The position numbers and the translations under genes were made by a program. Shown one piece after another: positions 41,901 through 51,490 of a stretch of DNA of 64,000 nt. Under the pieces are notes generated by a model. It saw nothing but the letters and a program-made list of their open reading frames with translations. It made no database searches and had not been told where the DNA came from. Origin of the DNA: Candidatus Latescibacterota bacterium. GTDB taxonomy: Bacteria > Latescibacterota > UBA2968 > SICM01. The stretch covers positions 448,001 to 512,000 of the forward strand of contig CBDCJO010000001.1 of NCBI GenBank assembly GCA_965217865.1, in the 5' to 3' direction. Position 1 is the first letter of the stretch, and every line of letters starts with the position of its first letter.

Positions 41901-42416
41901 AAACCGATGGCCTTTGCCAGCCTTGAAGACGAGAGCGGCGCGATCGATCTGGTTGTTTTTCCGGACACCTTTGAGAAAAACCGCGATCTTATCGTGCCCG
42001 AGGCATTGGTCCTGGTGCTCGGAAAGGCCGGGACGAACGGTCGAACCTCCGTCATTGTCGACCAGATCATACCCCTTGAAGGGGCGAGAGAGAGACTCGC
42101 CAGCGCCGTAAACGTCCATCTCTCGACCGGCGCCCTCAGTACGAAGACCCTGAACGAGATAAAATCACTCTGCGAGCAGTATTCTGGCTCTTGCTCCCTA
42201 CTGCTTCACGTGGAGCCGCAACCCGATCGACGCTATGTGATCAAGTCCCGGACCCTGAACGTAGCCCCGGCGACCGATCTGATTCTGGGGCTTGGCCGGA
42301 TAATCGGGACCGACACAGCTGCCTGGATATCGTCAGGGAAGCGACGAGCAGAAACCCCAATGCAAGTCGGGGGCCCAAGATCGCGGGCTCAGATCCGACC
42401 GGAGGCGCACGCGTAG
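38907..42416 (+). CDS. dnaE: DNA polymerase III alpha subunit
   Basis: FVHLHSHT.YSLLDG PHP domain, RGS, FERFLN.ER.SMPDFDID, YGFNKAH. Confidence 0.97.
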   Translation: MGSSDFVHLHSHTMYSLLDGACRIRDIASLAQEYETEAVAMTDHGNLFGAVEFYKEMKKANLKPIIGCEVYVAIEDRFSRKAARGVPSGSNHLVLLSKNQTGYRNLVKLVSKGYLEGFYHNPRIDKGLLREHADGLICLSGCLSGEVAHLISEEGYPAARKAVLEYREIFGDDYFLEIQRHGIPREDKVNKGLLKLHKDLGIPLVATNDSHFLRRDDHTAHDVLICVQTGKTLSDANRLRYSQEVYFKSPGEMKELFKDLPQAIENTIRIAEECNFDMSFGESVLPEFPLPDAYDRPEAYLSDLVQEGLRSRCGSITPQMAERIDYELKVIAKTGYAGYFLIVSDFVRYARENRILVGARGSAVASLVAYALGITSVNPLTYGLFFERFLNLERVSMPDFDIDIADRDRGKIIDYVKKKYGAQNVCQIITFGTLGAKAAVRDVGRVLGLSFGECDTIAKLIPTDLKITLDRAIDQVPELKAMTESEGMKKDLLDHARKLEGISRHASVHAAGVIITPKPLLEYIPLYKSAKDGEVTTQFTFTQVDELGLLKMDFLGLRNLTVLDDTVQMLAEDGTHLDLDRLPFDDPATYGLFGRGDTTGVFQFESEGMREYLRKLKPDRIQDLIAMNALYRPGPMQYIDQYIARKHGKEPVTYAYPDLEPVLEETYGVITYQEQVMHVARDLAGFSMGQADILRKAMGKKIPSLLAEQKALFLHGTREREIPEKIALKIFEDMAVFAGYGFNKAHSTGYAVIAYQCAYLKANFPTFFMAANLNSEIGDIDRLVILVDACRRMGIEILPPDVNQSGVGFTPVDRKIRFGLAAIKNVGPVAMKSIVSARKEKGRFKTIFDLCESVDLKALNKRGLESLICAGGMDSLEGHRAQLVAGLDQAVEMAQSAQSDRLKGQISLFEAAMSTPAARSFSNRSLPITDEWTEPQKLAKEKEVLGLYLSGHPLSRHADELRALGVMSVKDARDVANGREVKVGGLLSEVKNHIAKNRKPMAFASLEDESGAIDLVVFPDTFEKNRDLIVPEALVLVLGKAGTNGRTSVIVDQIIPLEGARERLASAVNVHLSTGALSTKTLNEIKSLCEQYSGSCSLLLHVEPQPDRRYVIKSRTLNVAPATDLILGLGRIIGTDTAAWISSGKRRAETPMQVGGPRSRAQIRPEAHA

Positions 42417-42477
42417 TAGAATTGTAGCGGTGAGCAGCGAGACCTGTTCCAGGGGGGGCAGGGACTCGTCACCCCTG

Positions 42478-42515
42478 GGCGTCAGGACGCAGGTCCTGAC
42501 GCCTCTATTATTTTC
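42478..42515. terminator. Perfect 11-bp hairpin between convergent genes (terminator or REP-like)
   Basis: GGCGTCAGGAC-GCAG-GTCCTGACGCC followed by an AT-rich tract. Confidence 0.55.
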
Positions 42516-42682
42516 AGTATCGTTTGGTCCATCAGGATCCACATACTTTCCTGGACCCTTTCGATGATCGGCCGGGTTTATGGTGAATCTCCGTTCAACC
42601 CTCGCCAAAGAGGAAACCCAGCCGTCAACTCCCGCCCGCGGGACGTGACCGCCTTCGATTTCAGACCAGTTCCCAACGCCGA

Positions 42683-42793
42683 TTAACCGCCGGGATCAAT
42701 ATCAATCCCGCCCTTGGAAAGCGCTTCGGACACCCAATCGGGCAAGTCCTCGTCACCAAGAGACACCAGCGCAACCTGTGGACCCTTTTTCAT
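42683..42793 (-). pseudogene. 36-aa remnant resembling the N-terminus of a hydroxyacid dehydrogenase
   Basis: MKKGPQVALVSLGDEDLPDWVSEALSKGGIDIDPGG*; family assignment is recall-based. Confidence 0.35.
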
Positions 42794-42848
42794 TTACTGG
42801 TGGAAGCTGAACGGGTTAGCACCGGACGAAATCAGTAGCCCCCCCCAG

Positions 42849-43373
42849 TCACGCGCCCTCAAGCGATTGCGTCGATGAAGGCCCCTTTTTCGCCTTGGTT
42901 TGAAACGACAATTGGCCGTATTGACCCCCATAAAAAATCAGGGGATTTCCCCTCTGCGCTTCCCCTTCAATCGGTTCACCGAAGAAAATGTTGTGGTCGC
43001 CACCGGAAAGCACCTTAACAATTCTACACTCGACAAACGCGAGGGCTTCCGTCAGGATGGGCGCACCGGTTTTTCCGTTTTTTAACCCAAGCCCATCGAA
43101 ATTCTTGGGGCTTGAAGAGGAAAATCGGCGCGATATACTTTCTTGATCATCCCTCAAGACATTTAATGCGAAACACATGCCCTTTTTCAGGCAGTCGTCC
43201 ATCCGGCTGCTAGAATTCACCGAGATCAGGATCAGCGGGGGATCGAGCGACAGAGACATCACCGCGTTGGCCGTCATGCCCCAGAGTTGATCTCCGGCCT
43301 TTGTCGTCACGACAGTGACACCGGTCGCAAAGTGCCCCATGATCTTCCTTTGAAGCATCGGATCAAACGTCAT
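42849..43373 (-). CDS. Flavin reductase (FlaRed) family
   Basis: FATGVTVVT, GMTAN...LSLDPP, GDH. Confidence 0.92.
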   Translation of the reverse strand: MTFDPMLQRKIMGHFATGVTVVTTKAGDQLWGMTANAVMSLSLDPPLILISVNSSSRMDDCLKKGMCFALNVLRDDQESISRRFSSSSPKNFDGLGLKNGKTGAPILTEALAFVECRIVKVLSGGDHNIFFGEPIEGEAQRGNPLIFYGGQYGQLSFQTKAKKGPSSTQSLEGA

Positions 43374-43391
43374 GGTCGGACCTCATATCGA

Positions 43392-44468
43392 TCAAATCTC
43401 CGGCATGTTAGGGACGATCTCTTTTGCCAGCAACTCCATTGAGCGAACCCATCTTGATTTGTCATCCCAGTCGTGTGCGATCATCAGCAAGGTTCCGAAG
43501 CCCCCCGTGGTGTCCCACACTTCCCGCAATTGACGAAGGCACGCCTTCGAATCACCGATGATGCAGAGGTTCTCCAGGACATAATCCAGGGTGACTTCAT
43601 CGTCTGGCATATCCGGATGAACCTTCATCAAGTGCAGCATATCCAAGGATTTGAGGATGGCGATCAGATAGATGAACGATCTCCCGAAAGTTCCGTTCCG
43701 TGCGCGGTTCCAGGCCTCATCGTTCGACTCGCCCACGCAGATACTGCGCGACACCCGCCAGTTGGCTCGGGAGGGGGCAGGTTGGCCTCCCTCCTCCGCC
43801 CCGGCGCAGTAAGTCCTCCAGTGTTCGCGTACCGTGCCGGCGGGAACCAGGTTTGTACTGATAGGCATATAACCTCGCTGACCGGCCATCCTCCCGGCCA
43901 TGGAATCCCCCTTAATAACGCTCATCCCGATCGGTGGATGTGGGCGTTGGTACGGCTTGAGCATCTTACCGATTCCGAGTTCGGGATTCGGGTTCTCGAT
44001 CTTGATGTGCCAGAACTTCCCTTTGAAGTCGAAAGGGGCATCCGTCTGCCACAACTTGAATATCATGTCGATCCCCTCCACGGTCATCAGACCTTGCGTC
44101 TTGGGGTCGGGAAGATCGAACAAACCCCAGTCCGTCGGCACCCCCCCCTGCCCGAACCCGCAATTCAAACGCCCCCGGGAGAGGTGATCCAGAAACGCGA
44201 GGCGAACGGCGATGTTGGCCGGATGGTGCTGGGGGACGATCGAAACGCCAGTACCGAACCGGACATTTTTCGTGCGCGGCAAGACGTTTGCGATAAAGAC
44301 ATCGTTGGAGGGGATGGGCTCCCAGGCCACGGTGTGATGCTGGCCGACCCAGACCTCGGAGAAACCGAGCTCATCCGCACGAACCACCAGCTCGATGTCC
44401 TCTTCGAAACACTGCGTCCTGTCCTTCTCCGGAGGATGCAGGGGCATCATGAACATCCCAAGGTTCAT
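43392..44468 (-). CDS. LLM-class flavin-dependent monooxygenase (limonene monooxygenase-like)
   Basis: GMFMMPLHP, W.GQHH, LDHLSRGR, KPYQRPHPP, GGFGTLL. Confidence 0.88.
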   Translation of the reverse strand: MNLGMFMMPLHPPEKDRTQCFEEDIELVVRADELGFSEVWVGQHHTVAWEPIPSNDVFIANVLPRTKNVRFGTGVSIVPQHHPANIAVRLAFLDHLSRGRLNCGFGQGGVPTDWGLFDLPDPKTQGLMTVEGIDMIFKLWQTDAPFDFKGKFWHIKIENPNPELGIGKMLKPYQRPHPPIGMSVIKGDSMAGRMAGQRGYMPISTNLVPAGTVREHWRTYCAGAEEGGQPAPSRANWRVSRSICVGESNDEAWNRARNGTFGRSFIYLIAILKSLDMLHLMKVHPDMPDDEVTLDYVLENLCIIGDSKACLRQLREVWDTTGGFGTLLMIAHDWDDKSRWVRSMELLAKEIVPNMPEI

Positions 44469-44547
44469 TGGATTTCCTCCTCACGCATCAAGCCTGTCTT
44501 CCGCTAAGACAGGTAGGCAAGCAATCTCCCGATCCACCGTGAATGAC

Positions 44548-45519
44548 TCACGGTTCACGCTCACGATCCACTGCCCTCTCCCCACCTTCTTGGACCGCTT
44601 CAGCGGTCAACATAGACCCAAGCCCGTCCTTGAGGTTCGGTCGAAAACCTCGACCGCTTCGGATGGATTCAATGAAGGCTGCAGTTTCGCCCAGGGAGCC
44701 GTTATCCAAAGTCGGTTCACGGTCTTCGGGGGGCCGCCAGGACATGGCAAGATCCCCTCCTTCGTAAATCCGGACACGACACTTCAGTGTGTCGACCTGA
44801 ATCGAGAAATCCGATCCGAGGATCTCATAGGTCTCTTCGATCGCCCCCACCTGCGGAGCGATGATCAGATCCGCGGTCCGGCCATCTGAAAAAAAGAGAC
44901 TAGCGTCGTAAAGGTAACTTCCGTCATCCCCCGATAGGGCCTTGTGCGTAACGACCCGTTCAGGACAGTTAAGCATTGAGATCACGGTATCGATCGCATG
45001 GATGCCGGTTATGGTAACAAAGTCCGGTTCCGGCCGCGCGTGCCGCAGCATTCGAGAGATCACAAGCTGGATCTTGTGATTCCCTTGAGCCAGCCAATCT
45101 CGAGCTCTGGCCAGTGCTGGATTGAATCGCCTGTTGAAAGAGACCATATGAGGGGTTTGGTGTGCTTCCGCGATTTTCAACAGGCGTTTGGTTTCTTCTG
45201 AGCTTCTTCCGGGAGGTTTCTCCATTAAAATCGGGATACCCGTCACAAGAAGATCGCTCACGATCTCCGCGGTCAGCGGAATCGGTGTCACCGCAATGAT
45301 TCCGTCGAGCTTCTCTTTGGATAGCATGTCCTCCTGATCGCGGTAGACTTTGCCGAAACCGAATTTTGTGGCGTAGCCTTTTGCGCGATCTTCATCCAGA
45401 TCGCAAACGGCTGCCAGTTCGATCTCGTTCGGGTTCTTCTCCTTAATACTCTTGAGAGAAGGGCCGTGATTGCTGCTCGAATGCCGTCCGGTCCCCAATA
45501 CCGCGAGACGTAACATCAT
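44548..45519 (-). CDS. Gfo/Idh/MocA oxidoreductase
   Basis: GTG, AVCD, MEKPP, FNRRF. Confidence 0.88.
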   Translation of the reverse strand: MMLRLAVLGTGRHSSSNHGPSLKSIKEKNPNEIELAAVCDLDEDRAKGYATKFGFGKVYRDQEDMLSKEKLDGIIAVTPIPLTAEIVSDLLVTGIPILMEKPPGRSSEETKRLLKIAEAHQTPHMVSFNRRFNPALARARDWLAQGNHKIQLVISRMLRHARPEPDFVTITGIHAIDTVISMLNCPERVVTHKALSGDDGSYLYDASLFFSDGRTADLIIAPQVGAIEETYEILGSDFSIQVDTLKCRVRIYEGGDLAMSWRPPEDREPTLDNGSLGETAAFIESIRSGRGFRPNLKDGLGSMLTAEAVQEGGERAVDREREP

Positions 45520-45588
45520 AACCCTCCTGAAGACGGTCCTTAGTCCAAATTTGGGCCCGGCGTGGTTGACTCCGGACGCGAGACTTAT

Positions 45589-46593
45589 TTATCGGGGGAG
45601 TACGAGGCCTACACGATGTTTGATCTCCCGAACCTTCGGATCTGAGACGGCTCGGGCCTTCTCGGCTCCCCTCGCGAGTAAACGGTCCAGTTCGGCCTTG
45701 TCCTGCATCAACACCTTGTACCGCTCCCGGATGGGGGCCAACGCTGCGATCACAACCTCCGCTACGTCCTTTTTTAGGTCCCCGTAACCTGATGCCTTCT
45801 CAAAATCCCCTTCAACCGCATCCCGGCTTTTTCCAGTGACCGCCCCGTAGATCTCCAAGAGATTGTTTACCCCTGCCTTTGCCGGATCGCCGGAAAATCG
45901 GATTTCACTTCCCGAATCGGTTACGGCACGTTTGAAAGAACGTTCGATCTCTTTCGGTTCATCCACCATTAATACGGCGTGGCCCCTCACGTGGGCCTCG
46001 CTCTTCGACATCTTCACCGTCGGATCATCAAGCCCCATGATACGGGCCCCCGTCTTCGGGATGACCGGCTCCGGTACGGTGAAGGTATTCCCGTAAATCC
46101 GGTTAAAGCGCTGTGCGATATCCCTCGCGAGCTCCACGTGTTGCTTCTGGTCATCCCCGACCGGGACCTCGTTGGAATCGTAGACGAGAATATCGCTGGC
46201 CATAAGGACCGGGTAGTCAAGCAGGCCCGCCAAAACACTCTCCTGCTTTGAGGCTTTATCCTTGTACTGCGTCATCCGTTCCAGCCACCCCTGTGGGGTG
46301 ACGCAATTCAGTATCCAGCAGGCCTCGGCGTGTGCCGCCACGTGACTCTGGATGAAAACCGTGCTTTTTTCGGGATCGAGACCCGCGGCGAACAGCATCG
46401 CCCCCAGGGAACGCACTTCGTTCCTCAAGGCCTCCGGATCCTGGGGGACGGTTAGCGTATGGAGGTCCACAATACAGAAAAAATTAACCTTCTCTTCCTG
46501 CCTTTCAACCCAACCCTTGACCGCACCGAGGTAGTTCCCCAGGTGCATATCCCCGGAGGGCTGGATTCCGCTCAACACCCTTTTCTTTTCCAT
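45589..46593 (-). CDS. trpS: Tryptophanyl-tRNA synthetase
   Basis: SGIQPSG, HLGNYLG, VPVGDDQ.QH, KMSKS. Confidence 0.97.
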   Translation of the reverse strand: MEKKRVLSGIQPSGDMHLGNYLGAVKGWVERQEEKVNFFCIVDLHTLTVPQDPEALRNEVRSLGAMLFAAGLDPEKSTVFIQSHVAAHAEACWILNCVTPQGWLERMTQYKDKASKQESVLAGLLDYPVLMASDILVYDSNEVPVGDDQKQHVELARDIAQRFNRIYGNTFTVPEPVIPKTGARIMGLDDPTVKMSKSEAHVRGHAVLMVDEPKEIERSFKRAVTDSGSEIRFSGDPAKAGVNNLLEIYGAVTGKSRDAVEGDFEKASGYGDLKKDVAEVVIAALAPIRERYKVLMQDKAELDRLLARGAEKARAVSDPKVREIKHRVGLVLPR

Positions 46594-46680
46594 TCAATTC
46601 CCGTGTGAAGCGTAGGACATCCGCACGTTCCAAGTTCTTTCTCAACCCCAGTTTCTTTGAATCTGGAACAACGCTTAGGC

Positions 46681-46806
46681 TTAAGGATCTTCCTTTTTCA
46701 TTCGTTTCCGGTCGTATTTTTTCCGATCCTCGTGTTTTTTCGTAGGCTTGGGTACCGGCACCCGAATCTTTGGGACCCGGCGTTTTTCTTTCCCGCCCGC
46801 TTTCAA
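46681..46806 (-). CDS. Small basic protein (41 aa)
   Basis: CAGGAG RBS plus TTG start; MKAGGKEKRRVPKIRVPVPKPTKKHEDRKKYDRKRMKKEDP. Confidence 0.55.
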   Translation of the reverse strand: MKAGGKEKRRVPKIRVPVPKPTKKHEDRKKYDRKRMKKEDP

Positions 46807-46828
46807 CGGATTCTCCTGTCCTTTGCGA

Positions 46829-47632
46829 TTACCAGGCCGTCCAACCCCCATCCACAAGCAGATTTTGTCCGGTGATATAACTCCCCGCATCGCTTGCGAG
46901 CAACAGAACCACACCCTTCAGTTCTTCCGGGTCTCCCATCCGGTTCAACGGAACCTTCTCTTCAAGTCGGGAAATTAATTCGGACAGGGTTTTCCTCTGC
47001 TCCGCCCTCGGAAATGCACCCGGGCTGATTGCATTGACCCGGATGTTATACTTCGCCCAGTAGGCCGCCAGATGGCGGGTCAGGTGGATCAGTCCCCCCT
47101 TAAGACTGTGATAAGCGGGTGGACTGTTGAAGGGAACACCTTCGTATGCGCTGGGGTAGCTGGCCACCACGCCGTACATGCTCGCGATATTGATGATCGA
47201 GCCCGGGGCTTCCCGCTCTCTCAGGTGAAACATCACCTCCCGAGCAAGGAGAAAATAGGCCGTGACCCCCACGTGGTATGCCTGGTCAAAATCTCCCGCG
47301 GTGGCACTATCGATGTCTGGCGCAGGTGCGCCATAGGCATTGTTGACCAGAATGTCGATCCGCCCTAGACGCTCTACCACATCTCTCACCAGATTCGGAA
47401 TCGTGTCGGTATCTCCCTGTTTGAATTGGACCCCCAAGTGCCCATTCCCGGGCAGGGAATCGGCGAATTCCGAAGCCCGTCCTTCATCACGACTGGTCAC
47501 GACCATCTTGGCACCTGCTTCGGCCAGGGCCCTGCTCATCGCGGAGCCAAGCCAGCCGGCGGCACCCGTCACGATCGCGACCCTGTCCTTCAAGCTGAAG
47601 AGATCCAGGACATTGCGCTCCGATTGGTTCAT
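46829..47632 (-). CDS. SDR family oxidoreductase
   Basis: TGAAGWLG, NNA, YxxxK, VDGGW. Confidence 0.9.
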   Translation of the reverse strand: MNQSERNVLDLFSLKDRVAIVTGAAGWLGSAMSRALAEAGAKMVVTSRDEGRASEFADSLPGNGHLGVQFKQGDTDTIPNLVRDVVERLGRIDILVNNAYGAPAPDIDSATAGDFDQAYHVGVTAYFLLAREVMFHLREREAPGSIINIASMYGVVASYPSAYEGVPFNSPPAYHSLKGGLIHLTRHLAAYWAKYNIRVNAISPGAFPRAEQRKTLSELISRLEEKVPLNRMGDPEELKGVVLLLASDAGSYITGQNLLVDGGWTAW

Positions 47633-47784
47633 GAGAGGACTCCTGAGACAGTTGAAGGAATTTTGATTAAAATAATTTACCAGATCATCTACGCAATCAT
47701 AACCATCATAGAATTAACTGTCAAGCAGAAAGGATACGTAAATCGTGTCGGGACCTAAAAAGTCGGTTAAGCGTTGGGGGATAG

Positions 47785-47823
47785 AAAAAATATGGGCCGT
47801 CCTTCCTGGAAGGCCGGCCCATA
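47785..47823 (-). terminator. Intrinsic terminator
   Basis: TATGGGCCG..CGGCCCATA stem followed by a T-tract on the minus strand, downstream of 47850. Confidence 0.65.
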
Positions 47824-47849
47824 AGCTCGATTAACACCGTACGGGAATC

Positions 47850-49047
47850 CTACCTCAAAAGCATCATCTTTCGTGTTTGGACAGACCCTTGAGCGGTCAG
47901 ACGGTAGAAATAGATTCCGGATGCAGCTGAACGTCCCCTCTCATCCCGGCCGTCCCAGGTCACCACGTGGTGACCGGATGCCCGGTGCCCATCGACGACG
48001 GTCCGAACCCGCTGGCCGAGAAGATTGTAGATCGCGAGACGGACCGAACCCTCTCTCGATACGAAGAAACCGATCTGCGTGGCAGGGTTGAACGGGTTAG
48101 GAACATTCTGAAAGAGGTCCGTCTTTTGCATCCCGACAGGATCCACTGTAAATCCGTTTTCGAGGATGCGAAGCACCCCGTCTGTACCCAGAAGGGCCAC
48201 CATCCTAGGTGTGATCCTGTTTTCCCAACCTTCTTCCAGCCCCTCGAAATACAGCGTGATCGATATCGGCCCGTCCGGTCACCAAGATTTCCCCAGGGGT
48301 TGAAGAAACTATCGGGTCGGACCCGGCTGCCCGTTTAAACTTTAATTCGTTCGTATAATCCACTTTCACGGCATAACCTGCCAGTTCCGACGCTTCCACG
48401 GCCATTCGCACTGCGATCAGCCCCGGTGGGGCTTCGACCCTTTGAAATGAGACCCTGCCAGAATCGTGTTCCAGAGCGGGTTTTCCAGCCTTTTCCTCGC
48501 CTTTGTTGAACGCATCCACAAAAGCGAAGAAATCCTCTAAATCGACCTGCCCGTTCAAGTTAAGGTCGAGGGCTTCATTGAAATGTTGAGAATCCTCCCG
48601 TAGACCGAATCCCTGAGCAAAAGTGAACATATCTTCCAGATCGACGTCACCATCACCATTCAAATCAGCCGGTGAACGGTGTGCGAGTCCGAGGATCAGG
48701 AAAGTGACTGTGTTTCCCCCGTCAATCTCGATAACCTGGGCTTTGTCCGGTTGCCGGGTATCGTCGTAGAACTCTCCGATATAGTGAGGGGCCTCCGCCT
48801 TCAGGAGGTATTTGCCGTCTCGAAGGCCATCCACCCGGAAACCACCGTTGGCCTCCACCCGGCTGGTGCCCCCGCCACCGCCCAGAAGCTGAGCGGTTAC
48901 CGTCCCACCTCTTACGGGGCTGCCGTCGCCATCCCCAAGCACAAAGCCTTCGATGGCACCGCCCTTCATTAGAACGAAATCGATTCCCACCGTTTTTTCC
49001 CCCTCCGTAACTGAGATGGGACTCGCCTGATCTGCGGATTCCGCATC
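47850..49047 (-). pseudogene. C-terminal fragment of a secreted protein: carboxypeptidase-regulatory-like repeat, EF-hand/dockerin-like, cohesin-like and FlgD/T9SS-type sorting domains; frameshift near 48270
   Basis: DAESADQASPISV..GIDFVL, DLNGDGDVDLED, ITLYFEG (in another frame), QNVPNPFNP...WDGRD..SGIYFYRL..RKMMLLR. Confidence 0.8.
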
Positions 49048-49222
49048 CGCCTCTTACTGTTTCCACAAAATCCCTGAACATCCTATAACATTTTGAGCCA
49101 CAAAAAGATATTAATCAAAATAGTGATTGGAAGGGCTTGTGTAATTCGTTATATTCCCCTTATCTATGGGGGGAATAGATAGGGGAATAAAACGCAACAA
49201 TACAAGAAGGGAGGTATCGAAA

Positions 49223-50404
49223 ATGAAGTATAAGGTGCTGAGCGCAGCCTTTGTCCGAACGGTGAAGAAGCCGGGCAGGTACGGCGACGGGCACGGGCTC
49301 TATCTGCTTGTCACGCCGACCGGGGCGCGCTGCTGGGTGCAGAGGTTGGTGATTCGCGGACGGCGGCGCGAGCTTGGCCTGGGCGGCTTTCCCCTCGTCA
49401 CGCTGGCCGAAGCCCGCGAGAAGGCTTTTGACAACCGCAGGCTGGCCCGCTCGGGCGGCGATCCGCTCACTGAGAAGCGCAAGGATCAAGGCATGCCCAC
49501 GTTCGAGGAAGCCGCCGCGAGGGTGATAGAAATCAACAGGCCTTCCTGGAAGAACGGCGGCAGGAGCGAGGCGCAATGGGAATCGTCACTTCGCGATTAC
49601 GTGTTCCTGCGCCTGGGCAAGTGTACGGTGTCGGAGATAACGACGGCTGACGTGCTGGAGGTCTTGACTCCGATATGGGCAACAAAGAACGTGACCGCCC
49701 GCCGGGTGCGGCAACGGATCGGCGTGGTGATGAAGTGGGCCATGGCCCAAGGCTTGCGGCAAGACAACCCCGCCGGTGATGCCATAAATGCAGCATTGCC
49801 TCGGAACGGATTAGCCAAGAAACACATGAAGGCGCTTCCCCATGGCGAGGTCACGGGCGCAGTGGAAGCCGTGCGCAATTCAGAATGTTCCATGGTCGAG
49901 AAGCTGGCCTTCGAGTTTCTGGTATTAACGGCGTGCCGTTCGGGCGAGGTCTGCCTGGCCCGGTGGGACGAAATCGACCTGGAAGCCCGCGAGTGGAACA
50001 TTCCCGGCGAGCGCATGAAGGCGAAGCGGCCGCACAGGGTGCCGCTGTCCGGGCGGGCGCTGGAAGTCCTGAATGAAGCGCGGGCTCTATCCCGGGAGGA
50101 TGGGACCGGTCCGGTGTTTCCAAGCACCATAAACGGCAAGCCACTATCGGGCATGTCGAAGATGTTGCGGGTTTTGAACATCAAAGCCGTGCCTCACGGG
50201 TTCCGGTCAAGCTTTCGGGATTGGGCTTCCGAGCAGACGAATCATCCACGCGAGGTCATGGAAGCGGTGCTGGCGCACGTCGTGGACAACCAGACCGAAG
50301 CAGCCTACGCGCGTTCGGACCTGTTCGAGCATCGCCGCAAACTCATGGACGGTTGGGCGGCCTACCTGAACGCCGGCACTGAAGGAGGAACGTCCCGTGG
50401 ATGA
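49223..50404 (+). CDS. P4-like tyrosine integrase
   Basis: YGDGHGLYL arm-binding domain, TACRSGE, RMK, PHGFRSSF, LAH, AAY; GGAGG RBS. Confidence 0.93.
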   Translation: MKYKVLSAAFVRTVKKPGRYGDGHGLYLLVTPTGARCWVQRLVIRGRRRELGLGGFPLVTLAEAREKAFDNRRLARSGGDPLTEKRKDQGMPTFEEAAARVIEINRPSWKNGGRSEAQWESSLRDYVFLRLGKCTVSEITTADVLEVLTPIWATKNVTARRVRQRIGVVMKWAMAQGLRQDNPAGDAINAALPRNGLAKKHMKALPHGEVTGAVEAVRNSECSMVEKLAFEFLVLTACRSGEVCLARWDEIDLEAREWNIPGERMKAKRPHRVPLSGRALEVLNEARALSREDGTGPVFPSTINGKPLSGMSKMLRVLNIKAVPHGFRSSFRDWASEQTNHPREVMEAVLAHVVDNQTEAAYARSDLFEHRRKLMDGWAAYLNAGTEGGTSRG

Positions 50405-51260
50405 TGAATCCCGCAAACAGGCGGCGGAAGAAGCATCGCATGCAGACGTTCTAACCTATATGTGGCTTTCCCGCAATTCGGATGCCTGCCTGGCGCTTTC
50501 AAAGGCGATCGCAGGATCTACAAAACATCAGATTTTATGGGAAAATCTGCAACACCTGCATCAGACCTTGAAGGAGCACAACCTTCCTATTCCGGGAGAG
50601 TTGTCGGATTGGGCAAATGATGTTGAGGCCGGCAAGCGCCAACCGCCGAACTGGATCGCCCGTGGAGCACCGCCGTCAGGCCTTCTAACCATTAGGTGGC
50701 TTTCCCGCCACTATTCGGATCCCGACCTGGCGCTCCGGACGTGGATCGCCGCATCTACAAAAAGTTGGATTGCATGGGAAAGTCTGCAACACCTGTTAAA
50801 GACCTTGAGGGAGCGCAAACTTCCTGTTCCGGAAGCATTGCATGAATGGGCATATGGCGTCGCTGACGGCAGTCGCCGACCGCCGAAGCGGAAGAGAGGA
50901 GGCGACGGTTTGCACGGTTTTCAAAACATCTTCCGTGACCTTTTCATTGTGCTGAGCGTTAAGGAGCTGCAAGTTTATGGGACACCCGCAACGTCCAACA
51001 AGATTTTGGAGGTTAAGGATGATCAGGGGCTGACAAAATACGAATTCTACAAGAAGTCCGCCTGCCGCATTGTAGGTTCATGGAGGGGCATGTCCTACGC
51101 GACGGTGTACAAGGTCTGGAACGCTTCCAAATGGGACGAACTTAAAGAAGCGTGGGGATTGTATTCCGGCGACCCTGCCGGGTTCCAGGCCTGGGCTATC
51201 GAGCAGAGCGCATACAGGAAACTTATCGCCCAGGAGAGTGATCTTCTGAATCTCCTATAG
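50397..51260 (+). CDS. Hypothetical protein with an internal ~80-aa duplication and a C-terminal HTH-like segment
   Basis: Two WLSR..SD..LAL..ST...WE.LQHL..TL.E..LP.P..L..WA..V..G.R.PP units; SAC.IV....GMSY.TV.KVW. Confidence 0.7.
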   Translation: MDDESRKQAAEEASHADVLTYMWLSRNSDACLALSKAIAGSTKHQILWENLQHLHQTLKEHNLPIPGELSDWANDVEAGKRQPPNWIARGAPPSGLLTIRWLSRHYSDPDLALRTWIAASTKSWIAWESLQHLLKTLRERKLPVPEALHEWAYGVADGSRRPPKRKRGGDGLHGFQNIFRDLFIVLSVKELQVYGTPATSNKILEVKDDQGLTKYEFYKKSACRIVGSWRGMSYATVYKVWNASKWDELKEAWGLYSGDPAGFQAWAIEQSAYRKLIAQESDLLNLL

Positions 51261-51312
51261 GAGGTGGTGAACAACCCCCCGGCACAGTTGACATATCTGG
51301 ATGGTTTCGTTT

Positions 51313-51338
51313 GAGGGTAAAGTAATTACTTTACCCTC
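51313..51338. promoter_or_regulatory. Perfect 26-bp palindrome (operator or terminator)
   Basis: GAGGGTAAAGTAA|TTACTTTACCCTC followed by TTTTCTTT. Confidence 0.6.
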
Positions 51339-51490
51339 TTTTCTTTGCTCTTATCCTCCCTTCTTTGCCCTTATAGTATCTGGTGTTTGAAACGAATAAT
51401 ATTGGAGTCAATTGCGTTCTTGCAAGCGCTTCCACTTCTTAGGAAGGAAAGGGAGTCAACGCCAACCTGTAGCGAGGGAGGAAAACCGAG

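Noticed and set aside
10440-44507. Long antisense ORFs (e.g. 10440-11495, 24165-25136, 43473-44507)
   Set aside because: They are shadows of well-supported genes on the opposite strand in GC-rich DNA.
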